Both the position numbers and the translations under genes were made by a program. Shown piece by piece: positions 46,770 through 59,700 of a DNA stretch of 64,000 bases. The stretch's first letter is position 1; each line of letters starts with the position of its first letter. Under the pieces are notes generated by a model. The model ran no database searches. It saw only the letters and a list, made by a program, of their open reading frames with translations, and was not told the origin of the DNA. The stretch is from the NCBI GenBank assembly GCA_951406725.2, contig CATOCA020000003.1, forward strand, positions 124,001 to 188,000. The letters are read 5' to 3'. Source of the stretch: Octopus vulgaris. Lineage: Eukaryota.

Positions 46770-48560
46770 GAGGTTTCTTCCTCCCTAGTTCCTAAGTACA
46801 TTCAATCTGTCAGTATCCTTCCTTGTTAACTCATAACTTTTCTCATTTTCCTGTTCATTTCCTCAAGCTCGCATTAAGGAAATAACCAATGTGTTAATCG
46901 TCCTGTTTTGTTTACTACCTGTCCCCTTCTCATAACTAGTACTGCACACTTATCTGTGCCAAAACTTTGCTGAAGAGTTTAACAGTCTATTTTAAGGAAA
47001 CTATCTGTTTCTCATTCTAATCTATGGAACAAATGGTTAATTTTTCCCTGACTATATCTGAGCTGGCTCCCTGATATCAAACTGAGGTGGATCAAACCTA
47101 TGACAAAGTGGATAACTAGTCCCCTCGGAAAATTCCTCTCTTGATATTAACTTCCCCTTAGAGTTTGTTACCTGTTTAGAGACATACTTTCTATTTCTTT
47201 ATGCTACAGCTAATTAATTCTCATCTAATGATGCTGTACTAATATACTCAAACACTCTCTTATCCATGAGTATATGATTTTGTCATAGTCTTTCCTATAT
47301 TCAATTCTTAGATTTTTCTTTCTAGCATTTATTCAATTCAGAACTGCTTTACCTATGTACACTAAATGATGCAATCCTCTAGCCTCCCTGAAATCTTTCT
47401 ATCCTTCTGGTTATAAATTCTGGCTGTCAAGTTGCTCCAAAATGCTCTCTGAAAGCATTTCTGTTAACAGCGTTTACACTAATCAATTGTTAGCTGTACT
47501 ACCATTGCTTTTATCTTTCATAAGTTTTATTGTTCTCCCTCTCGTCATCCAGTTGGGTACTATTCCTCCATTAAAGTCATCCTGATGTTATTCTCCAAGC
47601 CTCCCATGTAAACTATTGAATTTCTTTAACTAGTACCGTTAAACTAAATCCGGTTCTGGGCCCTTCCAGCTCGGCATTTTTCCTAACACTTTACCCATAC
47701 CAGGTTAGTCTTAGATTTGGCTGCTTCTCACTAACAACTTCTTTCTTCACTTTTATACTGCATCTCCATTATGATTGATTGGCTTATTACTCTAGCTTCG
47801 TTTGCATTAGGTTTCTCCTTTTCAGTACTTCGTTCTCCACTATTTATTTGTTCTTAAATCTCTGGTCTGTCTTAAATAACCTATCCTATTGATATTGATT
47901 TCTTTTTTTCTGATATACGGAGAGCTTGCTTGCTACTGCTATGATACGCTGTTTCAACTCTTCTATTACTGTCTCAAATCTTTTCTCTTTTCGAGGAAAG
48001 ATTTGCATTATGTTTCCTACCTTTCTTGTTATCAAGGCTTCTATTCTACTTGGATGTTGTCTTAAAAGTCTTCCCTATATTTTTTGTCTCCTTCACATTT
48101 GTTCTTTTTTAGTCTATCTCTGTAAGACATCTAATAATCTTGTGATTACTACCCATCCCGCATAGTTCAATAATATAGATTCCTATAAATATAACAAAAT
48201 GTACTTTCCTAGTAGTTTCTGGCAGCTTCTTACTGCTGGTGCCTTTTAATGCTGGTAATCTTTTTCTCACTTCTTTACTTATTGTTTCCTGCATTTCATC
48301 TAAAGTCCAAGACGTTGATACCAGTTGTCCCTTACTTATTTGTAGCGCTATTATTATTCTTTCCTTTAGGTTCTTCTTTGGTTTGAGCTGTGACTCTTAG
48401 GTTGTTGTTTGTCTTTCCCACTTGCTGGTTATTCTTTTCCAGTTCTTTTCTCAGTGATCTATTCTACTTTTAATTCTCAACTTTCTCCTCCTGTTTATAT
48501 CATCTGCTGATGTTGTATTAGGATATCTGTCAGTCTTGCTAAGCAACAGGCCCAGCTTCA
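46770..48560 (-). mobile_element. Heavily decayed R4-clade (Dong/Rex6-like) non-LTR retrotransposon, RT region
   Basis: Manual - strand translation gives IEELKQRIIAVASKL..DRLF (~47880-47970), KMPSWKGPEPDL (~47650-47685), VPNWMTRGRTIKLMKDKS, IGKAVL..ARKKNL, YRKDYDKIIYSWI, EVNIKRGIFRGD, INHLF, KFGTDKCAVLVMRRG and YLG, with many stops and frameshifts. Confidence 0.8.
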
Positions 48561-49319
48561 TTTTCGCCGTTACAGAGTTTCTTGAAAACTTCTGTCTCTC
48601 ATAAACTAAGGTATGGTAACATTCGTAACCCTCGTCGTCACCACATCACTTTCCGACATCTGAAGGTTTTAAGCAACTTTCTATTTCATCATTTGTTGCA
48701 CCTTTATACTGGCGGGGTGGTGTGAGCTGCATTTTATTTTTGTTTTATGTGGGGAGGATATTGTATTGTAACAGTACGTTTTGTTATGGGTATTAGGTTT
48801 TATCCTGTGTTGTTTGTGCAGTGCAGGTTGGGTTCTTCCGTTAGGGAACGGCCTTCTATGGCACATGTTGTGGTGTTTGTTCATTTAGTTGGATATTTAC
48901 AGTATGAGTTTATCCTTGTATGTTTTTAGAAGCGTATTGTATAGTAGTCTCATTAGCTCCCCTCCACTGCCTAAGCACGAACAACAATCCCTTGTAGTTA
49001 CCATAAAACTCAAGGTGGACACCAGATAACCATAAATAGCTCACAATATAACACATTAAGCAGCAAAAAAAAAAATTTACCTTAAAGGTAAAATACTCAA
49101 AATGAGCAAAGTTCAATGAGTACTGAACTGTCACTGGGAAGTCAATTGAAAATGTCAAGTATAGTTTTGGAAAGTTTTGTGAACAGTTCTGCCTGGCCTC
49201 GTAACATAAGGTCTGTTCGAGACAGGCTGCAACGACGAAGGTGGTGTTGTCGATGTTGGTGTTGGTCAAAAGTGCATGTTCAACGATGGTCGTGGCAGTG
49301 GGGTCATTAAAAGATGTGG

Positions 49320-50712
49320 ACACCTCAAAATATGATCTTTTAAGACGATCTACGGAGACGGTCTCCGAACGACCGTTTATTTCAAGTTTGAGAAATCACA
49401 CGAAAAGTTCCTTTATAAGGAGAATCAAGAGTTCCAATAAAAACATGCGTCCAAGAATTAAGGTCTGATGGCACACTAGAAGGAGGATTTTGGTGTCGAG
49501 GGTCCATAGGAGGAAGGGCAGAAATATATATGCGTAATCGAGCAACATAAGACTCTAAATTAAAAGACTGTGACTTGTCTGGCACCAACATCGTACCAGT
49601 GTGGTACCATACAAGAGCTCGGCAGACGAAAAACCAAAGTCTGCTTTAATCGCAGTCCGACATCCAAGCAGGACGATCGGTAGAAATTTAGTCCATGTCT
49701 GTGGATTCGGGGAGGCACGCAAAGCGGCCTTAAGTTGCGTATGGAAACGCTCCACCACCCCATTAGAAGCGGGGTGGTAACTTGTTGTGTGTATATGATG
49801 CATCCCCGAAACATTGCACACTCGAATTGTCGACCACGATCTGTGGTTAAACTGTACGGTACACCATACCTCGAAATCCAATTAGATACGAAAGCCCTCG
49901 CAACAGTTTCAGCTGAAATGTCTGCTATAGGAATGGCAGATCAATACAAGTTAAAATGTATGAGAACCCGCGACTCACAGGCCATGGTCCAGCCAGATCA
50001 AGGTGGGTATGGCGAAAACGGGCTTCAGGAGAGGAAAATTTTCCAAGTGGAGCACGAACGTGTCTATGCACTCTGTCACCAAGAGGTAATTGATCGTCGC
50101 ATATTGGGCCAGAAGAACCGAGCAGTAACAAGCTTTACTGTGGCAGAGATACCTGGATGTGACAGTGAATGAAGAGCATCAAACACGGAACGTTGATGTA
50201 CTAATGCTAGCAGGTACTAATGGTCTAGGTGAACTGGTAGAAACGTCACAAAGAATAGAGCCTTCCGCTGTAGGGAGCGGAAGGTAGTCAAACTTACAGT
50301 TAATAAACTTAGGCGAAGTTAAATCCAACTCCTCTAAACGTGGTCGTTCCTAGGAAATAGCAGTTAAATCAATTGCTGCTGGAGAGGAAATGGAATTGGC
50401 ACATGCCTAATGTCACTTGTAAATTGAGAAATATAGTCCAGGTTATGAAAGCACGAGGAGAGAGTTTATCCGTTTTAGAAGATAAAGCAAAAGTAAGGGG
50501 CTTGTAATCAGTATAAATCACAAACTCTCGTCCCTCGAGTTGGTGATGAAAATGCCGAACAGACAGATAGATCGCTAGTAACTCTCGATCAAAGGTACTA
50601 TATCTGGAAGAAAGCTAAAGGTTTAACTTCACCCTCTACGGTGTGCTGCAAAACGGCGCCAATTGCAGACTCTGATGCGTCCACAGAAAAAGTAAGTGGA
50701 GCATTAGCACCG
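49320..50712 (-). mobile_element. Decayed Ty3/Gypsy LTR retrotransposon pol fragment (RNase H + integrase)
   Basis: RNase H: VDASESAIGAVLQ, YSTFDRELLAIY, YTDYKPL. Integrase: [44 protein letters not shown], and GPY/F-like SPYKGTFRV..VSVDRLK. The domain order RH then IN is Gypsy-type. Confidence 0.9.
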
Positions 50713-53700
50713 GTGGCGGCTACGACCACGCGTACGGGGGTCGCACCGCGAGCTTAGGTTCGTTCTTTCGATTTCGGGCACGTCTGGGCGGCGGAGCAAC
50801 GGGCGACCGTGCTAGCCGCAGTTTGCCATCTTTCGGGTTTTTACGGGACGGACCGCGTCGCCGTATCGACGGCGTGCATCTCGTGAACGCCTTCCAACAT
50901 CGGTGGCGGCTACATCCACGCGTACGGGGTCGCACCGCGAGCTTAGGTTCGTTCTTTCGATTTCGGGCACGTCTGGGCGGCGGAGCAACGGGCGACCGTG
51001 CTAGCCGCAGTTTGCCATCTTTCGGGTTTTTACGGGACGGACCGCGTCGACGTATCGACGGCGTGCATCTCATGAACGCCCTTCCAACATCGGTGGCGGC
51101 TACGTCCACGCGTACGGGGTCGCACCGCGAGCTTAGGTTCGATCTTTCGATTTCGGGCACGTCTGGGCGGCGGAGCAACGGGCGACCGTGCTAGCCGCAG
51201 TTTGCCATCTTTCGTGTTTTCACGGGACGCACCACGTCGCCGTATCGACGGCGTGCATCTCGTGAACGCCTTCCGGCATCGGTGGCGGCTACGTCCACGC
51301 GTACGTGGGCGAGACCGCACGCTCAAGTTCGTTCTTTCGATTTCGGGCACGCTAGGGCGGCGGAGCAACGGGCGACCGTGCTTGCAGCAGATTGCCATCT
51401 TTCGGGTTTTTACGGGACGGACCGCGTCGCCGTATCGAGGGCGTGCATCTCGTGAACGCCTTCCGGCATCGGTGGCGGCTACGTCCACGCGTCCGAGGGC
51501 CGTACCGCGAGCGTGGGTTCGTTCATTCGGTTTCGGGCACGGTCGCGCGGCGGAGGAACGGGCGACCGGCGCGGGCCTGCCGCTAACGGCCCCGCGGCTC
51601 GCGGACGAACGGGAGAAAGCGAGGCGGCGCGAAGGCGGCGGCCACCCGCCGGGCTGACGGCGTCGCAGGCTGAAGTCTCTGGCGTCCTGCCGAACGGTCC
51701 CCGAGGCATGAAACCTGCCGACTGCAAGCCCTCAAATATAGTGTTGACCCCCTTGGGGTGCGACGGTCACCTAGAGGCGTAACTATCCAGCCGGGGCCGA
51801 TCCGTTTGCTTACGGTCCGAGCACCTCCTTAACTCACGGGTCGGACCACGTCGCTGTTTTTACCTGGTGCATATCGCCACGCACTCCCGGCGACTGACGG
51901 CATCGATCGCGCCTACGTCCACGGGTACGCGGGCGAGAGCGCGAGTTTCGCTCAAGTCCCAATCGAGACTCGCGGTAGCGCGGCGGAGCTGCGGGCGAAG
52001 GCGGTAGAAAGCGGGCGAATGCCTCCGCAATCGGCCGTTGTCTGCACCGGCCTCACTTTGTCATCTTTCGGGAATTTACTGGACGGACCGCGTCGCCGCA
52101 TCGAACGCCCGCACGTCGCGACATCGGTCGCGGCTACGTCCACGCGTACGCGGGCGAGACCGCACACTCAAGTTCGTGCTTTCGATTTCACGCACGGTAG
52201 GGCGGCGGAGACGCGGGCGACCGGCGCACGCCTTCCGCCGCTACCTCGTGCTAGCCGCAGTATCGACGGCGTGCATCTCGTGAACGCCTTCCAACATCGG
52301 TGGCGGCTACGTCCACGCGTACGGGGGTCGAACCGCGAGATTAGGTTCGTTCTTTCGATTTCGGGCACGTCAGGGCGGCGGAGCAACGGGCGACCGTGCT
52401 AGCCGCAGTTTGCCATCTTTCGTGTTTTTACGGGACGCACCACGTCGCCGTATCGACGGCGTGCATCTCGTGAACGCCTTCCGGCACAGGTGGCGGCTAC
52501 GTCCACGCGTACGGGGGTCGAACCGCGAGCTTAGGTTCGTTCTTTCGATTTCGGGCACGTCAGGGCGGCGGAGCAACGGGCGACCGTGCTAGCCGCAGTT
52601 TGCCATCTTTCGTGTTTTTACGGGACGCACCACGTCGCCGTATCGACGGCGTGCATCTCGTGAACGCCTTCCGGCATCGGTTGTGGCGGCTACGTCCACG
52701 CGTACGGGGGTCGCACCGCGAGCTTAGCTTCGTTCTTTCGATTTCGGGCACGTCAGGGCGGGCGGATCAACGGGCGACCGTTCTAGTCGCAGTTTGCCAT
52801 CTTTCGGGTTTTTACGGGACGGACCACGTAGCCGTATCGAGGGCGTGCATCTCGTGAACGCCTTCCGGCATCGGTGGCGGCTACGTCCACGCGTCCGTGG
52901 GCCGTACCGCGAGCGTGGGTTCGTTCTTTCGGTTTCGGGCACGGTCGCGCGGCGGAGGAACGGGCGACCGGCGCGGGCCTGCCGCTAACGGCCCCGCGGC
53001 TCGCGGACGAACGGGAGAAAGCGAGGCGGCGCGAAGGCGGCGGCCACCCGCTTGGCTGACGGCGTCGCAGGCTGACGTCTCTGGCGTCCTGCCGAACGGT
53101 CCCCGAGGCATGAAACCTGCCGACTGCAAGCCCTTAATATAGTCTTGACCCCCTTGGGGTGCGACGGTCACCTAGAGGCGTGACTATCCAGCCGGGGCCG
53201 ATCCGTTTGCTTACGGTCCGAGCACCTCCTTAACTCACGGGTCGGACCACGTCGCTGTTTTTACCCGGTGCATATTGCCACGCACTCCCGGCGACTGACG
53301 GCATCGATCGCGCCTACGTCCACGGGTACGCGGGCGAGAGCGCGAGTTTCGCTGAACTCTTACTTCGGCCTCGCGGTAGCGCGGCGGAGCTGCGGGCGAA
53401 GGCGGTAGAAGGCGGGCGAATGCCCGCCGCAATCGGCCGTTGCCTGCACCGGCCGTTGCCTGCACCGGCCGCACTTTGTCATCTTTCGGGAATTTACGGG
53501 ACGCACCGCGTCGCCGCATCGAACGCCCGCACGTCGCGACATCGGTCGCGGCTACGTCCACGCGTACTCGGGCGAGACCGCACGCTCAAGTTCGTGCTTT
53601 CGATTTCACGCACGGTAGGGTGGCGGAGACGCGGGCGACCGGCGCAAGCCTTCCGCCGCTACCTCGTGCAAGCCGCAGTTTGTCATCTTTCGGGATTTTA

Positions 53701-56700
53701 CGGGACGGACCACGTACTCCTATCGAGCGCCGGTTTCTCGTGAACGCCTTCCGGCACCGGTGGCGGCTACGTCCACGCGTACGGGGGTCGCACCGCGAGC
53801 TTAGGTTCGTTCTTTCGATTTCGGGCACGTCTTGGCGGCGGAGCAACGGGCGACCGTGCTAGCCGCAGTTTGCCATCTTTCGTGTTTTCACGGGACGCAC
53901 CACGTCGCCGTATCGAGGGCGTGCATCTCATGAACGCCTTCCGGCATCGGTGGCGGCTACGTCCACGCGTACGTGGGCGAGACCGCACGCTCAAGTTCGT
54001 TCTTTCGTTTTCGGGCACGCTAGGGCGGCGGAGCAACGGGCGACCGTGCTAGCCGCAGTTTGCCATCTTTCGTGTTTTTACGGGACGCACCACGTAGCCG
54101 TATCGACGGCGTGCATCTCGTGAACGCCTTCCGGCATCGGTGGCGGCTACGTCCACGCGTACGGGGGTCGCACCGCGAGCTTAGCTTCGTTCTTTCGATT
54201 TCGGGCACGTCAGGGCGGCGGAGCAACGGGCGACCGTGCTTGCCGCAGATTGCCATCTTTCGGGTTTTTACGGGACGGACCGCGTCGCCGTATCGAGGGC
54301 CTGCATCTCGTGAACGCCTTCCGGCATCGGTGGCGGCTACGTCCACGCGTCCGTGGGCCGTGCCGCTAGCGTGGGTTCGTTCATTCGGTTTCGGGCACGG
54401 TCGCAAGGCGGAGGAACGGGCGACCGGCGCGGGCCTGCCGCTAACGGCCCCGCGGCTCGCGGACGAACGGGAGAAAGCGAGGCGGCGCGAAGGCGGCGGC
54501 CGCCCGCCGGGCTGACGGCGTGGCAGGCTGACGTCTCTGGCGTCCTGCCGAACGGTCCCCGAGGCATGAAACCTGCCGACTGCAAGCCCTCAATATAGTC
54601 TTGACCCCCTTGGGGTGCGACGGTCACCTAGAGGCGTGACTATCCAGCCGGGGCCGATCCGTTTGCTTACGGTCCGAGCACCTCCTTAACTCACGGGTCG
54701 GACCACGTCGCTGTCTTTACCCGGTGCATATCGCCACGCACTCCCGGCGACTGACGGCATCGATCGCGCCTACTTCCACGTGTACGCGGGCGAGAGCGCG
54801 AGTTTCGCTCAAGCTCCACTACGGCCTCGCGGTAGCGCGGCGGAGCTGCGGGCGAAGGCGGTAGAAGGCGGGCGAATGCCCGCCGCAATCGGCCGTTGCC
54901 TGCACCGGCCGCACTTTGTCATCTTTCGGGAAATTACGGGACGGACCGCGTCGCCGCATCGAACGCCCGCACGTCGCGACATCGGTCGCGGCTACGTCCA
55001 CGCGTACGCGGGCGAGACCGCACGCTCAAGTTCGTGCTTTCGATTTCACGCACGGTAGGGCGGCGGAGACGCGGGCGACCGGCGCACGCCTTCCGCCGCT
55101 ACCTCGTGCTAGCCGCAGTTTGTCATCTTTCGGGATTTTACGGGACGGACCACGTACTCCTATCGAGCGCCGGTATCTCGTGAACGCCTTCCGGCACCGG
55201 TGGCGGCTACGTCCACGCGTCCGTGGGGCGCACCGCGAGCGTAGGTTCGTTCTTTCGATTTCGGGCACGGTAGCGCGGCGGAGCAACGGGCGACCGGCGG
55301 CTAGCCGCAGTTTGCCATCTTTCGGGTTTTTACGGGACGGACCGCGTCGCCGTATCGACGGCGTGCATCTCGTGAACGCCTTCCAACATCGGTGGCGGCT
55401 ACATCCACGCGTACGGGGTCGCACCGCGAGCTTAGGTTCGTTCTTTCGATTTCGGGCACGTCTGGGCGGCGGAGCAACGGGCGACCGTGCTAGCCGCAGT
55501 TTGCCATCTTTCGGGTTTTTTTCACGGCGTCGGACCGCGTCGCCGTATCGACGGCTGTTTCGTGCATCGCATGAACGCCTTCCGACGGCATCGGTGGCGG
55601 CCCTACGTCCACGCGTACGCGAGGCGAGACCGCATATCGCCACGCCTCCCGGCGACTGACGTTCGTTCTTTCGATTTCGGTAGCACGGCGCTAGGGCGAA
55701 GCGGAGCAACGGGCGACCGTGCTAGCCGCAGTTTGCCATCTTTCGTGTTTTACGGGACGGACCGCGTCGCCGCATCGAACGGCGTGCATCTCGAGAACGC
55801 CCTTCCAACATCGGTGGCGGCTACGTCCACGCGTACGCGGGCGAGACCGCTCGCTCAAGTTCGTGCTTTCGATTTCGGGCACGTCTGGGCGGCGGAGCAA
55901 CGGGCGACCGTGCTAGCCGCAGTTTGCCATCTTTCGTGTTTTCACGGGACGCACCACGTCGCCGTATCGACGGCGTGCATCTCGTGAACGCCTTCCGGCA
56001 TCGGTGGCGGCTACGTCCACGCGTACGTGGGCGAGACCGCAAGCTCAAGTTCGTTCTTTCGATTTCGGGCACGCTAGGGCGGCGGAGCAACGGGCGACCG
56101 TGCTAGCCGCAGTTTGCCATCTTTCGGGTTTTTACGGGACGGACCGCGTCGCCGTATCGACGGCGTGCATCTCGTGAACGCCTTCCGGCATCGGTGGCGG
56201 CTACGTCCACGCGTCCGTGGGCCGTACCGCGAGCGTGGGTTCGTTCATTCGGTTTCGGGCACGGTCGCGCGGCGGAGGAACGGGCGACCGGCGCGGGCCT
56301 GCCGCTAACGGCCCCGCGGCTCGCGGACGAACGGGAGAAAGCGAGGCGGCGCGAAGGCGGCGGCCACCCGCCGGGCTGACGGCGTCGCAGGCTGACGTCT
56401 CTGGCGTCCTGCCGAACGGTCCCCGAGGCATGAAACCTGCCGACTGCAAGCCCTCAAATATAGTGTTGACCCCCTTGGGGTGCGACGGTCACCTAGAGGC
56501 GTGACTATCCAGCCGGGGCCGATCCGTTTGCTTACGGTCCGAGCACCTCCTTAACTCACGGGTCGGACCTCGTCACTGTTTTTACCCGGTGCATATCGCC
56601 ACGCACTCCCGGCGACTGACGGAATCGATCGCGCCTACGTCCACGGGTACGCGGGCGAGAGCGCGAGTTTCGCTCAAGTCGCAACCGAGCCTCTCGGTAA

Positions 56701-59700
56701 CGCGCGGCGGAGCTGCGGGCGAAGGCGGTAGAAAGCGGACGAATGCCCGCCGCAATCGGCCGTTGCCTGCACCGGCCTCACTTTGTCATCTTTCGGGAAT
56801 TTACGGGACGGACCGCGTCGCCGCTTCGAACGCCCGCACGTCGCGACATCGGTCGCGGCTACGTCCACGCGTCCGTGGGCCGGACCGCGAGCGTGGGTTC
56901 GTTCTTTCGGTATCGGGCACGGTAGCGCGGCGGAGGAACGGGCGACCGGCGCGGGCCTGCCGCTAACGGCCCCGCGGCTCGCGGACGAACGGGAGAACGC
57001 GAGGCGGCGGCCGCCCGCCGGGCTGACGGCGTCGCAGGCTGACGTCCTGCCGAACGGTCCCCGAGGCATGAAACCTGCCGACTGCAAGCCCTCAAGTATA
57101 GTCTTGACCCCCTTGGGGTGCGACGGTCACCTAGAGGCATGACTATCCAGCCGGGGCCGATCCGTTTGCTTACGGTCCGAGCACCTCCTTAACTCACGGG
57201 TCGGACCACGTCGCTGTTTTTACCCGGTGCATATCGCCACGCACTCCCGGCGACTGACGGCATCGATCGCGCCTACGTCCACGTGTACGCGGGCGAGAGC
57301 GCCAGCTTCGCTCAAGCTCCACTTCGGCCTCGCCGTAGCGCGGCGGAGGCGCGGGCGAAGGCGGTCGCATGCCCGCCGCTACCGGCTCCGGCCGCAGTTT
57401 GTCACCTTTCGGGAATTTACGAGACGGACCACGTCGCCGTATCGAACGCCCGTACCTCGCAACATCGGTCGCGGCTAGGTCCACGCGTACGTGGCCGACA
57501 CCGCCAACTTAGTTTCGTGCATTCGATTCCACGCACGGTTCGGCGGCGGAGACTTGGGCGACCGGCGCAGGCCTTGCGCAGGCCTGCCGCTACATCGCGC
57601 TAGCCGCAGTTTGTCATCTTTCGGGATTTTACGGGACGGACCGCGTCGCCGTATCGAGCGCGTGCATCTCGTGAACGCCTTCCGGCATCGCTGGCGGCTA
57701 CGTCTACGCGTACGTGGGCCATGACGCGAGCTTGGGTTCGTTCTTTCGATTTCGGGCACTGTAGCGCGGCGGAGCAACGGGCGACAGGCGCAGGCCTGCC
57801 GCTAACGGCCCCGCGGGGCGTGGAGGAACGGGAGAAAGCGAGGCGGCGCGATGGCGGCGGCGGCCCCCCGGGCTGACTGCGTCGTAGACTGACGTCTCTG
57901 GCATCCTGCCGAACGGTCCCGGAGACCTCCACCTGCCGACTGCAAGCCCTCACTATAGTCTTGACCCCCTTGGGGTGCGACGGTCACCTAGAGGCGTGAC
58001 TATCCAGCCGGGGCCGATCCGTTTGCTTACGGTCCGAGCACCTCCTTAACTCACGGGTCGGACAACGTCGCTGTTTTTACCCGGTGCATATCGCCACGCA
58101 CTCCCGGCGACTGACGGCATCGATCGCGCCTACGTCCACGGGTACGCGTGCGAGAGCGCGAGTTTCGCTCAAGGCGCAATCGAGCCTCTCGGTAGCGCGG
58201 CGGAGCTGCGGGCGAAGGCGGTAGAAAGCGGGCGAATGCCCGCCGCAATCGGCCGTTGCCTGCACCGGCCTCACTTTGTCATCTTTCGGGAATTTACGGG
58301 ACGGACCGCGTCGCCGCATCGAACGCCCGCACGTCGCGACATCGGTCGCGGCTACGTCCACGCGTACGCGGGAGAGACCGCGAGCTCAGGTTCGTGCTTT
58401 CGATTTCACGCACGGTAGGGCGGCGGAGACGCGGGCGACCGGCGCACGCCTTCCGCCGCTACCTCGTGCTAGCCGCAGTTTGTCATCTTTCGGGATTTTA
58501 CGGGACGGACCACGTACTCCTATCGAGCGCCGGTATCTCGTGAACGCCTTCCGGCACCGGTGGCGGCTACGTCCACGCGTACGGGTCGCACCGCGAGCTT
58601 AGGTTCGTTCTTTCGATTTCGGGCACGTCTGGGCGGCGGAGCAACGGGCGACCGTGCTAGCCGCAGTTTGCCATCTTTCGGGTTTTCACGGGACGCACCA
58701 CGTCGCCGTATCGACGGCGTGCATCTCGTGAACGCCTTCCGGCAACGGTGGCGGCTACGTCCACGCGTCCGTGGGCCGTACCGCGAGCGTGGGTTCGTTC
58801 TTCCGGTTTCGGGCACGGTCGCGCGGCGGAGGAAAGGGCGACCGGCGCGGGCCTGCAGCTAACGTCCCCGCGGCTCGCGGACGAACGGGAGAAAGCGAGG
58901 CGGCGCGAAGGCGGCGGCCACCCGCCGGGCTGACGGCGTCGCAGGCTGACGTCTCTGGCGTCCTGCCGAACGGTCCCCGCGGCATGAAACCTGCCGACTG
59001 CAAGCCCTCAATATAGTCTTGACCCCCTTGGGGTGCGACGGTCACCTAGAGGCGTGACTATCCAGCCGGGGCCGATCCGTTTGCTTACGGTCCGAGCACC
59101 TCCTTTACTCACGGGTCGGACCTCCTCGCTGTTTTTACCCGGTGCATATTGCCACGCACTCCCGGCGACTGACGGAATCGATCGCGCCTACGTCCACGGG
59201 TACGCGGGCGAGAGCGCGAGTTTCGCTCAAGACGCAATTGAGCCTCGCGGTAGCGCGGCGGAGTTGCGGGCGAAGGCGGTAGAAAGCGGGCGAATGCCCG
59301 CCGCAATCGGCCGTTGCCGGCACCGGCCTCACTTTGTCATCTTTCGGGAATTTACGGGACGGACCGCGTCGCCGCTTCGAACGCCCGCACGTCGCGACAT
59401 CGGTCGCGGCTACGTCCACGCGTCCGTGGGCCGGACCGCGAGCGTGGGTTCGTTCTTTCGGTATCGGGCACGGTAGCGCGGCGGAGGAACGGGCGACCGG
59501 CGCGGGCCTGCCGCTAACGGCCCCGCGGCTCGCGGACGAACGGGAGAACGCGAGGCGGCGGCCGCCCGCCGGGCTGACGGCTTCGCAGGCTGACGTCCTG
59601 CCGAACGGTCCCCGAGGCATGAAACCTGCCGACTGCAAGCCCTCAAGTATAGTCTTGACCCCCTTGGGGTGCGACGGTCACCTAGAGGCATGACTATCCA

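Noticed and set aside
48640-48970. Gypsy 3' LTR after a PPT-like GGAGGGGAG (- strand, ~48957-48965)
   Set aside because: No second LTR is present to confirm boundaries, so it was left unannotated.
50831-50848. CENP-B-box-like TTCG...CGGG in the monomer
   Set aside because: The spacing is 8 nt rather than 7 and the conserved A is not in register, so it gives no support for a centromeric role.
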